Assembly: GCF_963921235.1 (NCBI RefSeq)
Contig: NC_086100.1
Location: 201,874,001-201,938,000, forward strand
Length of the DNA: 64,000 nt
Direction: 5' to 3'
DNA from: Mobula hypostoma
Lineage: Eukaryota
The notes below the pieces were generated by a model. That model worked only from the letters and a program-made list of their open reading frames with translations, ran no database searches and was not told where the DNA came from. Positions 1 through 15,000 of this stretch are shown piece after piece (the first letter of the stretch is position 1; every line of letters starts with the position of its first letter). The position numbers and the translations under genes are program-made.

Positions 1-3000
1 TATCAAACCCTCCCAAACCCGTCACCTCAATCCCTCCCACCCCATCCTTCTGACATCAGTTTCAATCAAACCCTCCCAAACCCGTCACCTCAATCCCTCC
101 CTCACCATCCTTCCGACATCAGTCTCTCTCAAACCCTCCCAAACCCGTCACCTCAATCCCTCCCAACCAATGCTTCCGACATCAGTCTCTATCAAACCCT
201 CCCAAACCCGTCACCTCAATCCCTCCCTCACCATCCTTCCGACATCAGTCTCTATCAAACCCTCCCAAACCCGTCACCTCAATCCCTCCCTCACCATCCT
301 TCCGACATCAGTCTCTATCAAACCCTCCCAAACCCGTCACCTCAATCCCTCACACCCCATCCTTCCGACATCAGTTTCTATCAAACCCTCCCAAACCCGT
401 CACCTGAATCCCTCACCATCCTCCCGACATCAGTCTCTATCAAACCCTCCCAAACCCCTCACCATCCTCCCGACATCAGTCTCTATCAAACCGTCCCAAA
501 CCCGTCACCTCAATCCCTCCCTCACCATCCTTCCGACATCAGTCTCTATCAAACCCTCCCAAACCCGTCACCTCAATCCCTCCCAACCCATCCTTCCGAC
601 ATCAGTCTCTATCAAACCCTCCCAAACCCGTCACCTCAATCCCTCCCTCACCATCCTTCCGACATCAGTCTCTATCAAACCCTCCCAAACCCATCACCTC
701 AATCCCTCACACCCCATCCTTCCGACATCAGTCTCCATCAAACCCTCCCAAACCCGTCACCTCAATCCCTCCCTCACAGTTCTTCCGACATCAGTCTGTA
801 TCAAACCCTCCCAAACCCGTCACCTCAATACCTCCCTCACCATCCTTCCGACATCAGTCTCTATCAAACCCTCCCAAACCCGTCACCTCAATCCCTCACC
901 ATCCTCCCGACATCAGTCTCTATCAAACCGTCCCAAACCCGTCTCTTCAATCCCTCCCTCACCATCCTTCCGACATCAGTCTCTATCAAACCGTCCCAAA
1001 CCCGTCTCCTCAATCCCTCCCTCACCATCCTTCCGACATCAGTCTCTATCAAACCCTCCCAAACCCGTCACCTCAATCCCTCCCTCACCATCCTTCCGAC
1101 ATCAGTCTCTATCAAACCCTCCCAAACCCATCACCTCAATCCCTCACACCCTATCCTTCCGACATCAGTCTCTATCAAACCCTCCCAAACCCGTCACCTC
1201 AATCCCTCCCTCACCATCCTTCCGACATCAGTCTCTATCAAACCCTCCCAAACCCGTCACCTCAATCCCTCACCATCCTCCCGACATCAGTCTCTAACAA
1301 ACCGTCACCTCAATCCCTCACCAGCCTTCTGACATCAGTCTCTATCAAACCCTCCCAAACCCGTCACCTCAATCCCTCACCATCCTCCCGACATCAGTCT
1401 CTATCAAACCGTCCCAAACCCGTCTCTTCAATCCCTCCCTCACCATCCTTCCGACATCAGTCTCTATCAAACCCACCCAAACCCGTCACCTCAATCCCTC
1501 CCTCACCATCCTTCCGACATCAGTCTCTATCAAACCCTCCCAAACCCGTCACCTCAATCCCTCCCTCACCATCCTTCCGACATCAGTCTCTATCAAACCC
1601 ACCCAAACCCGTCACCTCAATCCCTCCCTCACCATCCTTCCGACATCAGTCTCTATCAAACCCTCCCAAACCCATCACCTCAATCCCTCACACCCCATCC
1701 TTCCGACATCAGTCTCCATCAAACCCTCCCAAACCCGTCACCTCAATCCCTCCCTCACAATCCTTCCGACATCAGTCTCTATCAAACCCTCCCAAACCCG
1801 TCACCTCAATCCCTCCCTCCCCATCCTCCCGACATCAGTCTCTATCAAACCCTCCCAAACCCGTCACCTCAATCCCTCCCTCACCATCCTTCCGACATCA
1901 GTCTCTATCAAACCCTCCCAAACCCGTCACCTCAATCCCTCCCTCACCATCCTTCCGACATCAGTCTCTATCAAACCCTCCCAAACCCGTCACCTCAATC
2001 CCTCCCTCACCATCCTTCCGACATCAGTCTCTATCAAACCCTCCCAAACCCGTCACCTCAATCCCTCCCTCACCATCCTTCCGACATCAGTCTCTATCAA
2101 ACCCTCCCAAACCCATCACCTCAATCCCTCCCTCACCATCCTTCCGACATCAGTCTCTATCAAACCCTCCCAAACCCGACACCTCAGTCCCTCCCAAACC
2201 ATCCTTCCGACAACAGTCTCTATGAAACCCTACCAAACCTGTCACCTCAATCCCGCCCACCCCATCCTTCTGACATCAGTCTCTATCAAACCCTCCCAAA
2301 CCCGTCATCTCAATCCCTCCCTCACCATCCTTCCGACATCAGTCTCTATCAAACCCTCCCAAACCCGTCACCACAATCCCTCCCTCACCATCCTTCCGAC
2401 AGCAGTCTCAATCAAACCCACCCAAACCCGTCACCTCAATCCCTCCCTCACCATCCTTCCGACATCAGTCTCTATCAAACCCTCCCAATCCCGTCACCTC
2501 AATCCCTCCCTCACCATCCTTCCGACATCAGTCTCTATCAAACCCTCCCAAACCCGTCACCTCAATCCCGCCCACCCCATCCTTCTGACATCAGTCTCTA
2601 TCAAACCCTCCCAAACCCGTCACCTCAATCCCTCCCTCACCATCCTTCCGACATCAGTCTCTATCAAACCCTCCCAAACCCGTCACCTCAATCCCTCCCA
2701 ACCATCCTTCCGACATCAGTCTCTATCAAACCCTCCCAAACCCGTCACCTCAATCCCTCCCTCACCATCCTTCCGACATCAGTCTCTATCAAACCCTCCC
2801 AAACCCGTCACCTCAATCCCTCCCTCACCATCCTTCCGACATCAGTCTCTATCAAACCCTCCCAAACCCGTCACCTCAATCCCTCACACCCCATCCTTCC
2901 GACATCAGTCTCTATCAAACCCTCCCAAACCCGTCACCTCAATCCCTCCCTCACCATCCTTCCGACATCAGTCTCTATCAAACCCTCCCAAACCCGTCAT

Positions 3001-6000
3001 CTCAATCCCTCCCTCACCATCCTCCCGACATCAGTCTCTATCAAACCCTCCCAAACCCGTCACCTCAATCCCTCCCTCACCATCCTTCCGACATCAGTCT
3101 CTATCAAACCCTCCCAAACCCGTCACCTCAATCCCTCCCAACCCATCCTTCCGACATCAGTCTCTATCAAACCCTCCCAAACCCGTCACCTCAATCCCTC
3201 CCTCACCATCCTCCCGACATCAGTCTCTATCAAACCCTCCCAAACCCGTCACCTCAATCCCTCCCTCACCATCCTTCCGACATCAGTCTCTATCAAACCC
3301 TCCCAAACCCATCACCTCAATCCCTCACACCCCATCCTTCCGACATCAGTCTCCATCAAACCCTCCCAAACCCGTCACCTCAATCCCTCCCTCACAGTTC
3401 TTCCGACATCAGTCTGTATCAAACCCTCCCAAACCCGTCACCTCAATACCTCCCTCACCATCCTTCCGACATCAGTCTCCATCAAACCCTCCCAAACCCG
3501 TCACCTCAATCCCTCCCTCACAGTTCTTCCGACATCAGTCTCTATCAAACCGTCCCAAACCCGTCTCTTCAATCCCTCCCTCACCATCCTTCCGACATCA
3601 GTCTCTATCAAACCGTCCCAAACCCGTCTCCTCAATCCCTCCCTCACCATCCTTCCGACATCAGTCTCTATCAAACCCTCCCAAACCCGTCACCTCAATC
3701 CCTCCTCACCATCCTTCCGACATCAGTCTCTATCAAACCCTCCCAAACCCATCACCTCAATCCCTCACACCCTATCCTTGCGACATCAGTCTCTATCAAA
3801 CGCTCCCAAACCCGTCACCTCAATCCCTCCCTCACCATCCTTCCGACATCAGTCTCTCTCAAACCCTCCCAAACCCGTCACCTCAATCCCTCACCATCCT
3901 CCCGACATCAGTCTCTAACAAACCGTCACCTCAATCCCTCGCCAGCCTTCCGACATCAGCCTCTATCAAACTCTCCCAAACCCGTCACCTCAATCCCTCC
4001 CTCACCATCCTCCCGACATCAGTCTCTATCAAACCGTCCCAAACCTGTCTCTTCAATCCCTCCCTCACCATCCTCCCGACATCAGTCTCTATCAAACCCA
4101 CCCAAACCCGTCACCTCAATCCCTCCCTCACAATCCTTCCGACATCAGTCTCTATCAAACCCTCCCAAACCCGTCACCTCAATACCTCCCTCACCATCCT
4201 TCCGACATCAGTCTCTATCAAACCCACCCAAACCCGTCACCTCAATCCCTCCCTCACCATCCTTCCGACATCAGTCTCTATCAAACCCTCCCAAACCCGT
4301 CACCTCAATCCCTCCCACCCCATCCATCCGACATCAGTCTCTATCAAACCCTCCCAAACCCATCACCTCAATACCTCCCTCACCATCCTTCCGACATCAG
4401 TCTCTATCAAACCCTCCCAAACCCATCACCTCAATCCCTCCCTCACCATCCTTCCGACATCAGTCTCTATCAAACCCTCCCAAACCCGTCACCTCAATCC
4501 CTCCCACCCCATCCATCCGACATCAGTCTCTATCAAACCCTCCCAAACCCGTCACCTCAATCCCTCCCTCACCATCCTTCCGACATCAGTCTCTATCAAA
4601 CCGTCCCAAACCCGTCACCTCAATCCCTCCCTCACCATCCTTCCGACATCAGTCTCTATCAAACCCTCCCAAACCCGTCACCTCAATTCCCTCACCATCC
4701 TTCCGACATCAGTCTCTATCAAACCCTCCCAAACCCGTCACCTCAACCTCCCTCACCATCCTTCCGACATCAGTCTCTCAAACCTCCCAAACCGTCACCT
4801 CAATCCCTCACCTCACCATCTTCCGACATCAGTCTCTCAAACCCGTCACCTCAATCCCTCCCACCATCCTTCCGACATCAGTCTCTATCAAACCCTCCTA
4901 AACCCGTCACCTCAATCCCTCACCATCCTCCTGACATCAGTCTCTATCAAACCGTCCCAAACCCGTCTCTTCAATCCCTCCCTCACCATCCTTCCGACAT
5001 CAGTCTCTATCAAACCCACCCAAACCCGTCACCTCAATCCCTCCCTCACCATCCTTCCGACATCAGTCTCTATCAAACCCTCCCAAACCCGTCACCTCAA
5101 TACCTCCCTCACCATCCTTCCGACATCAGTCTCTATCAAACCCACCCAAACCCGTCACCTCAATCCCTCCCTCACCATCCTTCCGACATCAGTCTCTATC
5201 AAACCCTCCCATACCCGTCACCTCAATCGCTCCCTCACCATCCTTCTGACATCAGTCTCTATCAAACCCTCCCAAACCCATCACCTCAATCCCTCCCTCA
5301 CCATCCTTCCGACATCAGTCTCTATCAAACCCTCCCAAACCCGTCACCTCAATCCCTCCCTCACCATCCTTCCGACATCAGTCTCTATCAAACCCACCCA
5401 AACCCGTCACCTCAATCCCTCCCACCCCATCCTTCCGACATCAGTCTCTATCAAACCCTCCCAAACCCGTCACCTCAATCCCTCCCTCACCATCCTTCCG
5501 ACATCAGTCTCTATCAAACCCTCCCAAACCCGTCACCTCAATCCCTCCCAACCATCCTTCCGACATCAGTCTCTATCAAACCCTCCCAAACCCGTCACCT
5601 CAATCCCTCCCTCACCATCCTTCCGACATCAGTCTCTATCAAACCCTCCCAAACCCGTCACCTCAATCCCTCCCTCACCATCCTTCCGACATCAGTCTCT
5701 ATCAAACCCTCCCAAACCCATCACCTCAATCCCTCACACCCCATCCTTCCGACATCAGTCTCTATCAAACCCTCCCAAACCCGTCACCTCAATCCCTCCC
5801 TCACCATCCTTCCGACATCAGTCTCTATCAAACCCTCCCAAACCCGTCACCTCAATCCCTCACCATCCTCCCGACATCAGTCTCTATCAAACCGTCCCAA
5901 ACCCGTCTCCTCAATCCCTCCCTCACCATCCTTCCGACATCAGTCTCTCTCAAACCCTCCCAAACCCGTCACCTCAATCCCTCCCAACCCATCCTTCCGA

Positions 6001-8819
6001 CATCAGTCTCTATCAAACCCTCCCAAACCCGTCACCTCAATCCCTCACCATCCTCCCGACATCAGTCTCTATCAAACCGTCACCTCAATCCCTCACCATC
6101 CTTCCGACATCAGTCTCTATCAAACCCTCCCAAACCCATCACCTCAATCCCTCACACCCCATCCTTCCGACATCAGTCTCCATCAAACCCTCCCAAACCC
6201 GTCACCTCAATCCCTCCCTCACAGTTCTTCCGACATCAGTCTGTATCAAACCCTCCCAAACCCGTCACCTCAATACCTCCCTCACCATCCTTCCGACATC
6301 AGTCTCCATCAAACCCTCCCAAACCCGTCACCTCAATCCCTCCCTCACAGTTCTTCCGACATCAGTCTCTATCAAACCCTCCTAAACCCGTCACCTCAAT
6401 CCCTCCCTCACCATCCTTCCGACATCAGTCTCTATCAAACCGTCCCAAACCCGTCACCTCAATCCCTCCCTCACCATCCTTCCGACATCAGTCTCTATCA
6501 AACCCTCCCAAACCCGTCACCTCAATCCCTCCCTCACCATCCTTCCGACATCAGTCTCTATCAAACCCTCCCAAACCCGTCACCTCAATCCCTCCCTCAC
6601 CATCCTTCCGACATCAGTCTCTATCAAACCCTCCCAAACCCGTCACCTCAATCCCTCCCTCACCATCCTTCCGACATCAGTCTCTATCAAACCCTCCCAA
6701 ACCCGTCACCTCAATCCCTCCCACCCCATCCTTCCGACATCAGTCTCTATCAAACCCTCCCAAACCCGTCACCTCAATCCCTCCCTCACCATCCTTCCGA
6801 CATCAGTCTCTCTCAAACCCTCCCAAACCCATCACCTCAATCCCTCCCTCACCATCCTTCCGACATCAGTCTCTATCAAACCGTCCCAAACCCGTCACCT
6901 CAATCCCTCCCTCACCATCCTTCCGACATCAGTCTCTCTCAAACCCTCCCAAACCCGTCACCTCAATCCCTCCCACCCCATCCTTCCGACATCAGCCTCT
7001 ATCAAACTCTCCCAAACCCGTCACCTCAATCCGTCACCATCCTTCTGACATCAGTCTCTATCAAACCCTCTCAAACCCGTCACCTCAATCCCTCCCTCAC
7101 CATCCTTCCGACTCAGTCTCTATCAAACCCACCCATATCCGTCACCTCAATCCCTCCCTCACCCTCCTTCCGACATCAGTCTCTATCAAACCCTCCCAAA
7201 CCCGTCACCTCAATCCCTCCCTCACCATCCTTCCGACATCAGTCTCTAACAAACCGTCACCTCAATCCCTCACCAGCCTTCTGACATCAGTCTCTATCAA
7301 ACCCTCCCAAACCCGTCACCTCAATCCCTCACCATCCTCCCGACATCAGTCTCTATCAAACCGTCCCAAACCCGTCTCCTCAATCCCTCCCTCACCATCC
7401 TTCCGACATCAGTCTCTATCAAACTCTCCCAAGCCCATCACCTCAATCCCTCACACCCCATCCTTCCGACATCAGTGTCTGTCAAACCTTCCCAAACCCG
7501 TCAACTCAATCCCTCCCTCACCATCCTTCCGACATCAGTCTCTCTCAAACCCTCCCAAACCCGTCACCTCAATCCCTCCCAACCCATCCTTCCGACATCA
7601 GTCTCTATCAAACCCTCCCAAACCCGTCACCTGAATCCCTCACCATCCTCCCGACATCAGTCTCTATCAAACCGTCACCTCAATCCCTCACCATCCTTCC
7701 GACATCAGTCTCTATCAAACCCTCCCAAACCCATCACCTCAATCCCTCACACCCCATCCTTCCGACATCAGTCTCCATCAAACCCTCCCAAACCCGTCAC
7801 CTCAATCCCTCCCTCACAGTTCTTCCGACATCAGTCTGTATCAAACCTTCCCAAACCCGTCACCTCAATACCTCCCTCACCATCCTTCCGACATCAGTCT
7901 CTATCAAACCCTCCCAAACCCGTCACCTCAATCCCTCACCATCCTCCCGACATCAGTCTCTATCAAACCGTCCCAAACCCGTCTCCTCAACCCCTCCCTC
8001 ACCGTCCTTCCGACATCAGTCGCTATCAAACCCACCCAAACCCGTCACCTCAAGCCCTCCCACCCCATCCTTCGGACATCAGTCTCTATCAAACCCTCCC
8101 AAACCCGTCACCTCAATCCCTCCCTCCCCATCCTTCCGACATCAGTCTCTATCAAACCCTCCCAAACCCGTCATCTCAATCCCTCCCTCACCATCCTTCC
8201 GACATCAGTCTCTATCAAACCCTCCCAAACCCGTCACCTCAATCCCTCCCTCACCATCCTTCCGACATCAGTCTCTATCAAACCCTCCCAAACCCGACAC
8301 CTCAATCCCTCCCAAACCATCCTTCCGACAACAGTCTCTATCAAACCCTCCCAAACCCGTCACCTCAATCCCTCCCTCCCCATCCTTCCGACATCAGTCT
8401 CTATCAAACCCTCCCAAACCCGTCATCTCAATCCCTCCCTCACCATCCTTCCGACATCAGTCTCCATCAAACCCTGCCAAACCCGACACCTCAGTCCCTC
8501 CCAAACCATCCTTCCGACAACAGTCTCTATCAAACCCTCCCAAACCCGTCACCTCAATCGCTCCCTCACCATCCTTCCGACATCAGTCTCTATGAAACCC
8601 TACCAAACCTGTCACCTCAATCCCGCCCACCCCATCCTTCTGACATCAGTCTCTATCAAACCCTCCCAAACCCGTCATCTCAATCCCTCCCTCACCATCC
8701 TTCCGACATCAGTCTCTATCAAACCCTCCCAAACCCGTCACCTCAATCCCTCCCTCACCATCCTTCCGACATCAGTCTCTATCAAACCCTCCCAAACCCG
8801 TCACCTCAATCCCTCCCTC
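1..8819. repeat. Satellite array A, 63-bp monomer (ATCAGTCTCTATCAAACCCTCCCAAACCCGTCACCTCAATCCCTCCCTCACCATCCTTCCGAC), about 140 copies, open at both ends
   Basis: Direct reading: ATCAG at 181 recurs at 244. Shorter deletion variants occur, and each monomer has only 3 G on the + strand. The 21-aa periodic ORFs reflect the 63-bp period. Confidence 0.97.
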
Positions 8820-9019
8820 NNNNNNNNNNNNNNNNNNNNNNNNNNNNNNNNNNNNNNNNNNNNNNNNNNNNNNNNNNNNNNNNNNNNNNNNNNNNNNNNN
8901 NNNNNNNNNNNNNNNNNNNNNNNNNNNNNNNNNNNNNNNNNNNNNNNNNNNNNNNNNNNNNNNNNNNNNNNNNNNNNNNNNNNNNNNNNNNNNNNNNNNN
9001 NNNNNNNNNNNNNNNNNNN
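8820..9019. other. Assembly gap (200 N)
   Basis: Run of exactly 200 N; a round size is typical of a scaffolding placeholder. Confidence 0.99.
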
Positions 9020-12000
9020 CAGTGTCCTCTCTTCGATAAAGAGTGATCCCACCAGTGATCAAAAGGCAGTGTCCTCTCTCTGATAACAGAGTGATCCCAC
9101 CAGTGATCAAAAGGCAGTGTCCTCTCTCTCTAGCAGAGTGATCCCACCAGTGATCAAAAGGCAGTGTCCTCTCTCTGTAACAGAGTGATCCCACCAGTGA
9201 TCAAAAGGCAGTGTCCTCTCTCTCATAGAGCAATCCCACCAGTGATCAAAAGGCAGTGTCCTCTCTCTCATAGAGCAATCCCACCAGTGATCAAAAGGCA
9301 GTGTCCTCTCTCTCTGATAACAGAGTGATCCCACCAGTGATCAAAAGGCAGTGTCCTCTCTCTGATAACAGAGTGATCCCACCAGTGATCAAAAGGCAGT
9401 GTCCTCTCTCTCATAGAGCGATCCCACCAGTGATCAAAAGGCAGTGTCCTCTCTCTCTGATAACAGAGTGATCCCACCAGTGATCAAAAGGCAGTGTCCT
9501 CTCTCTCATAGAGTGATCCCACCAGTGATCAAAAGGCAGTGTCCTCTCTCTCATAACAGAGTGATCCCACCAGTGATCAAAAGGCAGTCCTCTCTCTCAT
9601 AGAGCAGTGATCCCACCAGTGATCAAAAGGCAGTGTCCTCTCTCTGATACGAGCGATCCCACCAGTGATCAAAAGGCAGTGTCCTCTCTCTCGATAACAG
9701 AGCGATCCCACCAGTGATCAAAAGGCAGTGTCCTCTCTCTGATAAGAGCGATCCCACCAGTGATCAAAAGGCAGTGTCCTCTCTCTCATAGAGAGTGATC
9801 CCACCAGTGATCAAAAGGCAGTGTCCTCTCTCTCATAGAGCAATCCCACCAGTGATCAAAAGGCAGTGTCCTCTCTCTCATAGAGCAATCCCACCAGTGA
9901 TCAAAAGGCAGTCCTCTCTCTGATAACAGAGCAATCCCACCAGTGATCAAAAGGCAGTCTCCCCTCTCTGGTAACAGAGTGATCACACCAGTGATCAAAA
10001 GGCAGTCTCCCCTCTCCGGTAACAGAGTGATCCCACCGGTGATCAAAAGGCAGTCTCCCCTCTCTGGTAGCAGAGTGATCTCACCAGTGATCAAAAGGCA
10101 GTCTCCCCTCTCCGGTAGCAGAGTGATCCCACCAGTGATCAAAAGGCAGTGTCCTCTCTCTCATAGAGCGATCCCACCAGTGATCAAAAGGCAGTGTCCT
10201 CTCTCTCTGATAACAGAGTGATCCCACCAGTGATCAAAAGGCAGTGTCCTCTCTCTCATAGAGCAATCCCACCAGCGATCACAAGGCAGTCCTCTCTCTC
10301 ATAGAGCAATCCCACCAGTGATCAAAAGGCAGTGTCCTCTCTCTGATAACAGAGTGATCCCACCAGTGATCAAAAGGCAGTGTCCTCTCTCTCATAGAGC
10401 GATAACCCACCAGTGATCAAAAGGCAGTGTCCTCTCTCTCATAACAGAGTGATCCCACCAGTGATCAAAAGGCAGTGTCCTCTCTCTCATAACAGAGCAA
10501 TCCCACCAGTGATCAAAAGGCAGTGTCCTCTCTCTCATAGAGCAATCCCACCAGTGATCAAAAGGCAGTCCTCTCTCTCATAGAGCAGTGATCCCACCAG
10601 TGATCAAAAGGCAGTGTCCTCTCTCTGATAACAGAGCGATCCCACCAGTGATCAAAAGGCAGTGTCCTCTCTCTCATAGAGCGATCCCACCAGTGATCAA
10701 AAGGCAGTGTCCTCTCTCTCTCTGATAACAGAGTGATCCCACCAGTGATCACAAGGCAGTGTCCTCTCTCATAGAGCAATCCCACCAGTGATCAAAAGGC
10801 AGTGTCCTCTCTCTCATAGAGCAATCCCACCAGTGATCAAAAGGCAGTGTCCTCTCTCTGATAACAGAGCGATCCCACCAGTGATCAAAAGGCAGTGTCC
10901 TCTCTCTCATAACGAGTGATCCCACCAGTGATCAAAAGGCAGTGTCCTCTCTCTCATAGAGCAATCCCACCAGTGATCAAAGGCAGTGTCCTCCTCTGAT
11001 AACAGAGTCCCACCAGTGATCAAAAGGCAGTGTCCTCTCTCTCATAGAGCGATCCCACCAGTGATCAAAAGGCAGTCCTCTCTCTCGATAACAGTGATCC
11101 CACCAGTGATCAAAAGGCAGTGTCCTCTCTCTGATAACAGAGCGATCCCACCAGTGATCAAAAGGCAGTGTCCTCTCTCTCATAGAGCAATCCCACCAGT
11201 GATCACAAGGCAGTCCTCTCTCTGATAACGAGCATCCCACCAGTGATCAAAAGGCAGTGTCCTCTCTCTGATAACAGAGTGATCCCACCAGTGATCAAAA
11301 GGCAGTGTCCTCTCTCTCTCATAGAGCAATCCCACCAGTGATCAAAAGGCAGTGTCCTCTCTCTCATAACAGAGCGATCCCACCAGTGATCACAAGGCAG
11401 TGTCCTCTCTCTCATAACGAGTGATCCCACCAGTGATCAAAAGGCAGTGTCCTCTCTCTCACATTGAGCGATCCCACCAGTGATCAAAAGGCAGTGTCCT
11501 CTCTCTCATAACAGAGCGATCCCACCAGTGATCAAAAGGCAGTGTCCTCTCTCTCGATAACAGAGCGATCCCACCAGTGATCAAAAGGCAGTGTCCTCTC
11601 TCTCTATAACAGAGTGATCCCACCAGTGATCAAAAGGCAGTGTCCTCTCTCTCATAACAGAGCGATCCCACCAGTGATCAAAAGGCAGTGTCCTCTCTCT
11701 CATAGAGCGATCCCACCAGTGATCAAAAGGCAGTGTCCTCTCTCTCTGATAACAGAGTGATCCCACCAGTGATCAAAAGGCAGTCCTCTCTCTGATAACG
11801 GAGCATCCCACCAGTGATCAAAAGGCAGTGTCCTCTCTCTGATAACAGAGCGATCCCACCAGTGATCACAAGGCAGTGTCCTCTCTCTCATAGAGCAATC
11901 CCACCAGTGATCACAAGGCAGTGTCCTCTCTCTGATAACGGAGTGATCCCACCAGTGATCAAAAGGCAGTGTCCTCTCTCTGATAACAGAGTGATCCCAC

Positions 12001-15000
12001 CAGTGATCAAAAGGCAGTGTCCTCTCTCTCATAGAGCAATCCCACCAGCGATCACAAGGCAGTCCTCTCTCTCATAGAGCAATCCCACCAGTGATCAAAA
12101 GGCAGTGTCCTCTCTCTGATAACGGAGTGATCCCACCAGTGATCAAAAGGCAGTGTCCTCTCTCTGATAACAGAGCGATCCCACCAGTGATCAAAAGGCA
12201 GTGTCCTCTCTCTCATAACGAGCATCCCACCAGTGATCAAAAGGCAGTGTCCTCTCTCTCATAACGAGCGATCCCACCAGTGATCAAAAGGCAGTGTCCT
12301 CTCTCTGATAACAGAGTGATCCTACTACCAGTGATCAAAAGGCAGTGTCCTCTGTCTGATAACGGAGTGATCCCACCAGTGATCAAAAGGCAGTGTCCTC
12401 TCTCTCATAGAGCGATCCCAGCAGTGATCAAAAGGCATTGTCCTCTCTCTGATAACAGAGTGATCCCACCAGTGATCAAAAGGCAGTGTCCTCTCTCTGA
12501 TAAGCAGTGATCCCACCAGTGATCAAAAGGCAGTGTCCTCTCTCTCATAGAGCAATCCCACCAGTGATCAAAAGGCAGTGTCCTCTCTCTGATAACAGAG
12601 TGATCCCACCAGTGATCAAAAGGCAGTGTCCTCTCTCTCGATAACAGAGCGATCCCACCAGTGATCAAAAGGCAGTGTCCTCTCTCTCAGTAGAGCAATC
12701 CCACCAGTGATCAAAGGCAGTCTCTCTCTCTGATAACAGAGTGATCCCACCAGTGATCAAAAGGCAGTGTCCTCTCTCTGAGAACAGAGTGATCCCACCA
12801 GTGATCAAAAGGCAGTGTCCTCTCTGATAACATTGAGCGATCCCACCAGTGATCAAAAGGCAGTGTCCTCTCTCTCTGATAACAGAGTGATCCCACCAGT
12901 GATCAAAAGGCAGTGTCCAGTCTCTCATAGAGCGATCCCACCAGTGATCACAAGGCAGTGTCCTCTCTCTCTGATAAAGGAGTGATCCCACCAGTGATCA
13001 AAAGGCAGTGTCCTCTCTCTGATAACAGAGCGATCCCACCAGTGGTCACTAGGCAGTGTCCTCTCTCTCATAGAGCGATCCCACCAGTGATCAAAAGGCA
13101 GTGTCCTCTCTCTGATAACAGAGTGATCCCACCAGTGATCAAAAGGCAGTGTCCTCTCTCTCATAGAGAGAAATCCCACCAGTGATCAAAAGGCAGTGTC
13201 CTCTCTCTCTGATAACTGAGCGATCCCACCAGTGATCAAAAGGCAGTGTCCTCACTCCGATAACAGAGCGATCCCACCAGTGATCACAAGGCAGTGTCCT
13301 CTCTCTCATAGGGCGATCCCACCAGTGGTCATAAGGCAGTGTCTTCTCTCTCACAGAGCAATCCCACCGGTGATCAAAAGGCAGTGTCCTCTCTCTTTGT
13401 TAACAGAGTGATCCCACCAGTGATCAAAAGGCAGTGTCCTCTCTCTGATAACAGAGCGATCCCACCAGTGATCACAAGGCAGTGTCCTCTCTCTCATAGA
13501 GCGATTCCACCAGTGATCAAAAGACATTGTCCTCTCTCTCTCTGATAACAGAGTGATCCCACCAGTGATCAAAAGGCAGTGTCCTCTCTCTCATAGAGCA
13601 ATCCCACCAGCGATCACAAGGCAGTACTCTCTCTCATAGAGCAATCCCACCAGAGATCAAAAGGCAGTCCTCTCTCTGATAACGGAGTGATCCCACCAGT
13701 GATCAAAAGGCAGTGTCCTCTCTCTCATAGAGCAATCCCACCAGCGATCACAAGGCAGTCCTCTCTCTCATAGAGCGATCCCACCAGTGATCAAAAGGCA
13801 GTGTCTTGTCTCTGATAACAGAGTGATCCCACCAGTGATCACAAGGCAGTGTCCTCTCTCTCATAGAGCGATTCCACCAGTGATCAAAAGACATTGTCCT
13901 CTCTCTCTCTCTGATAACAGAGTGATCCCACCAGTGATCAAAAGGCAGTGTCCTCTCTCTCATAGAGCAATCCCACCAGCGATCAAAAGGCAGTCCTCTC
14001 TCTCATAGAGCAATCCCAACAGTGATCAAAAGGCTGTCCTCTCTCTGGTAACGGAGTGATCCCACCAGTGATCAAAAGGCAGTGTCCTCTCTCTGATAAC
14101 AGAGCGATCCCACCAGTGATCAAAAGGCAGTGTCCTCTCTCTCATAGAGCAATCCCACCAGCGATCACAAGGCAGTCCTCTCTCTCATAGAGCAATCCCA
14201 CCAGTGATCACAAGGCAGTGTCCTCTCTCTCATAGGGCAATCCCACAAGTGATCAAAAGACATTGTCCTCTCTCTCTCTGATAACAGAGCGATCCCACCA
14301 GAGATCAAAAGGCAGTGTCCTCACTGAAAACAGAGTGATCCCACCAGTGATCAAAAGGCAGTGTCCTCTCTCTCATAGAGCAATCCCACCAGCGATCACA
14401 AGGCAGCCCTCTCTCTGATAGAGCAATCCCACCAGTGATCAGAAGGCAGTGTCCTCGCTCTGATAACGGAGTGATCCCACCAGTGATCAAAAGGCAGTGT
14501 CCTCTCTCTCATAGATTAATCCCACCAGCGATCACAAGGCAGTCCTCTCTCTCATAGAGCAATCCCACCAGTGATCAAAAGGCAGTGTCCTCGCTCTGAT
14601 AATGGAGTGATCCCACCAGTGATCAAAAGGCAGTGTCCTCTCTCTGATAATAGAGCGATCCCAGCAGTGATCAAAAAGCATTGTCCTCTCTCTGATAACA
14701 GAGCGATCCCACCAGTGATCACAAGGCAGTGTCCTCTCTCTCTGATAACAGAGTGATCCCACCAGTGATCAAAAGGCAGTGTCCTCTCTCTCATAGAGCA
14801 ATCCCACCAGTGATCAAAAGGCAGTGTCTTCTCTCTCTGATAACAGAGTGAACCTACCAGTGATCGAAAGGCAGTGTCCTCTCTCTGAGAACAGAGTGAT
14901 CCCACCAGTGGTCACAAGGCAGTGTCCTCTCTCTCACATTGAGCGATCCCACCAGTGATCAGAAGGCAGTGTCCTCTCTCTCTGATAACAGAGTGATCCC

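Noticed and set aside
4680..4900. Locally degenerate monomers as an old array core (similar noise at ~9550-12700)
   Set aside because: Scattered small indels and chimeric units, in array B next to the contig end, look more like low-quality consensus than biology; this cannot be resolved without reads.
1..8819. Telomeric repeat (AAACCC motifs)
   Set aside because: No tandem CCCTAA/TTAGGG; the motif is only part of a 63-bp unit.
170..9083. Long ORFs (375, 1387 and 523 aa) as mucin-like or repeat proteins
   Set aside because: They arise from a stop-poor 63-bp monomer, drift between all three frames at indels, and have no unique domain or splice context.
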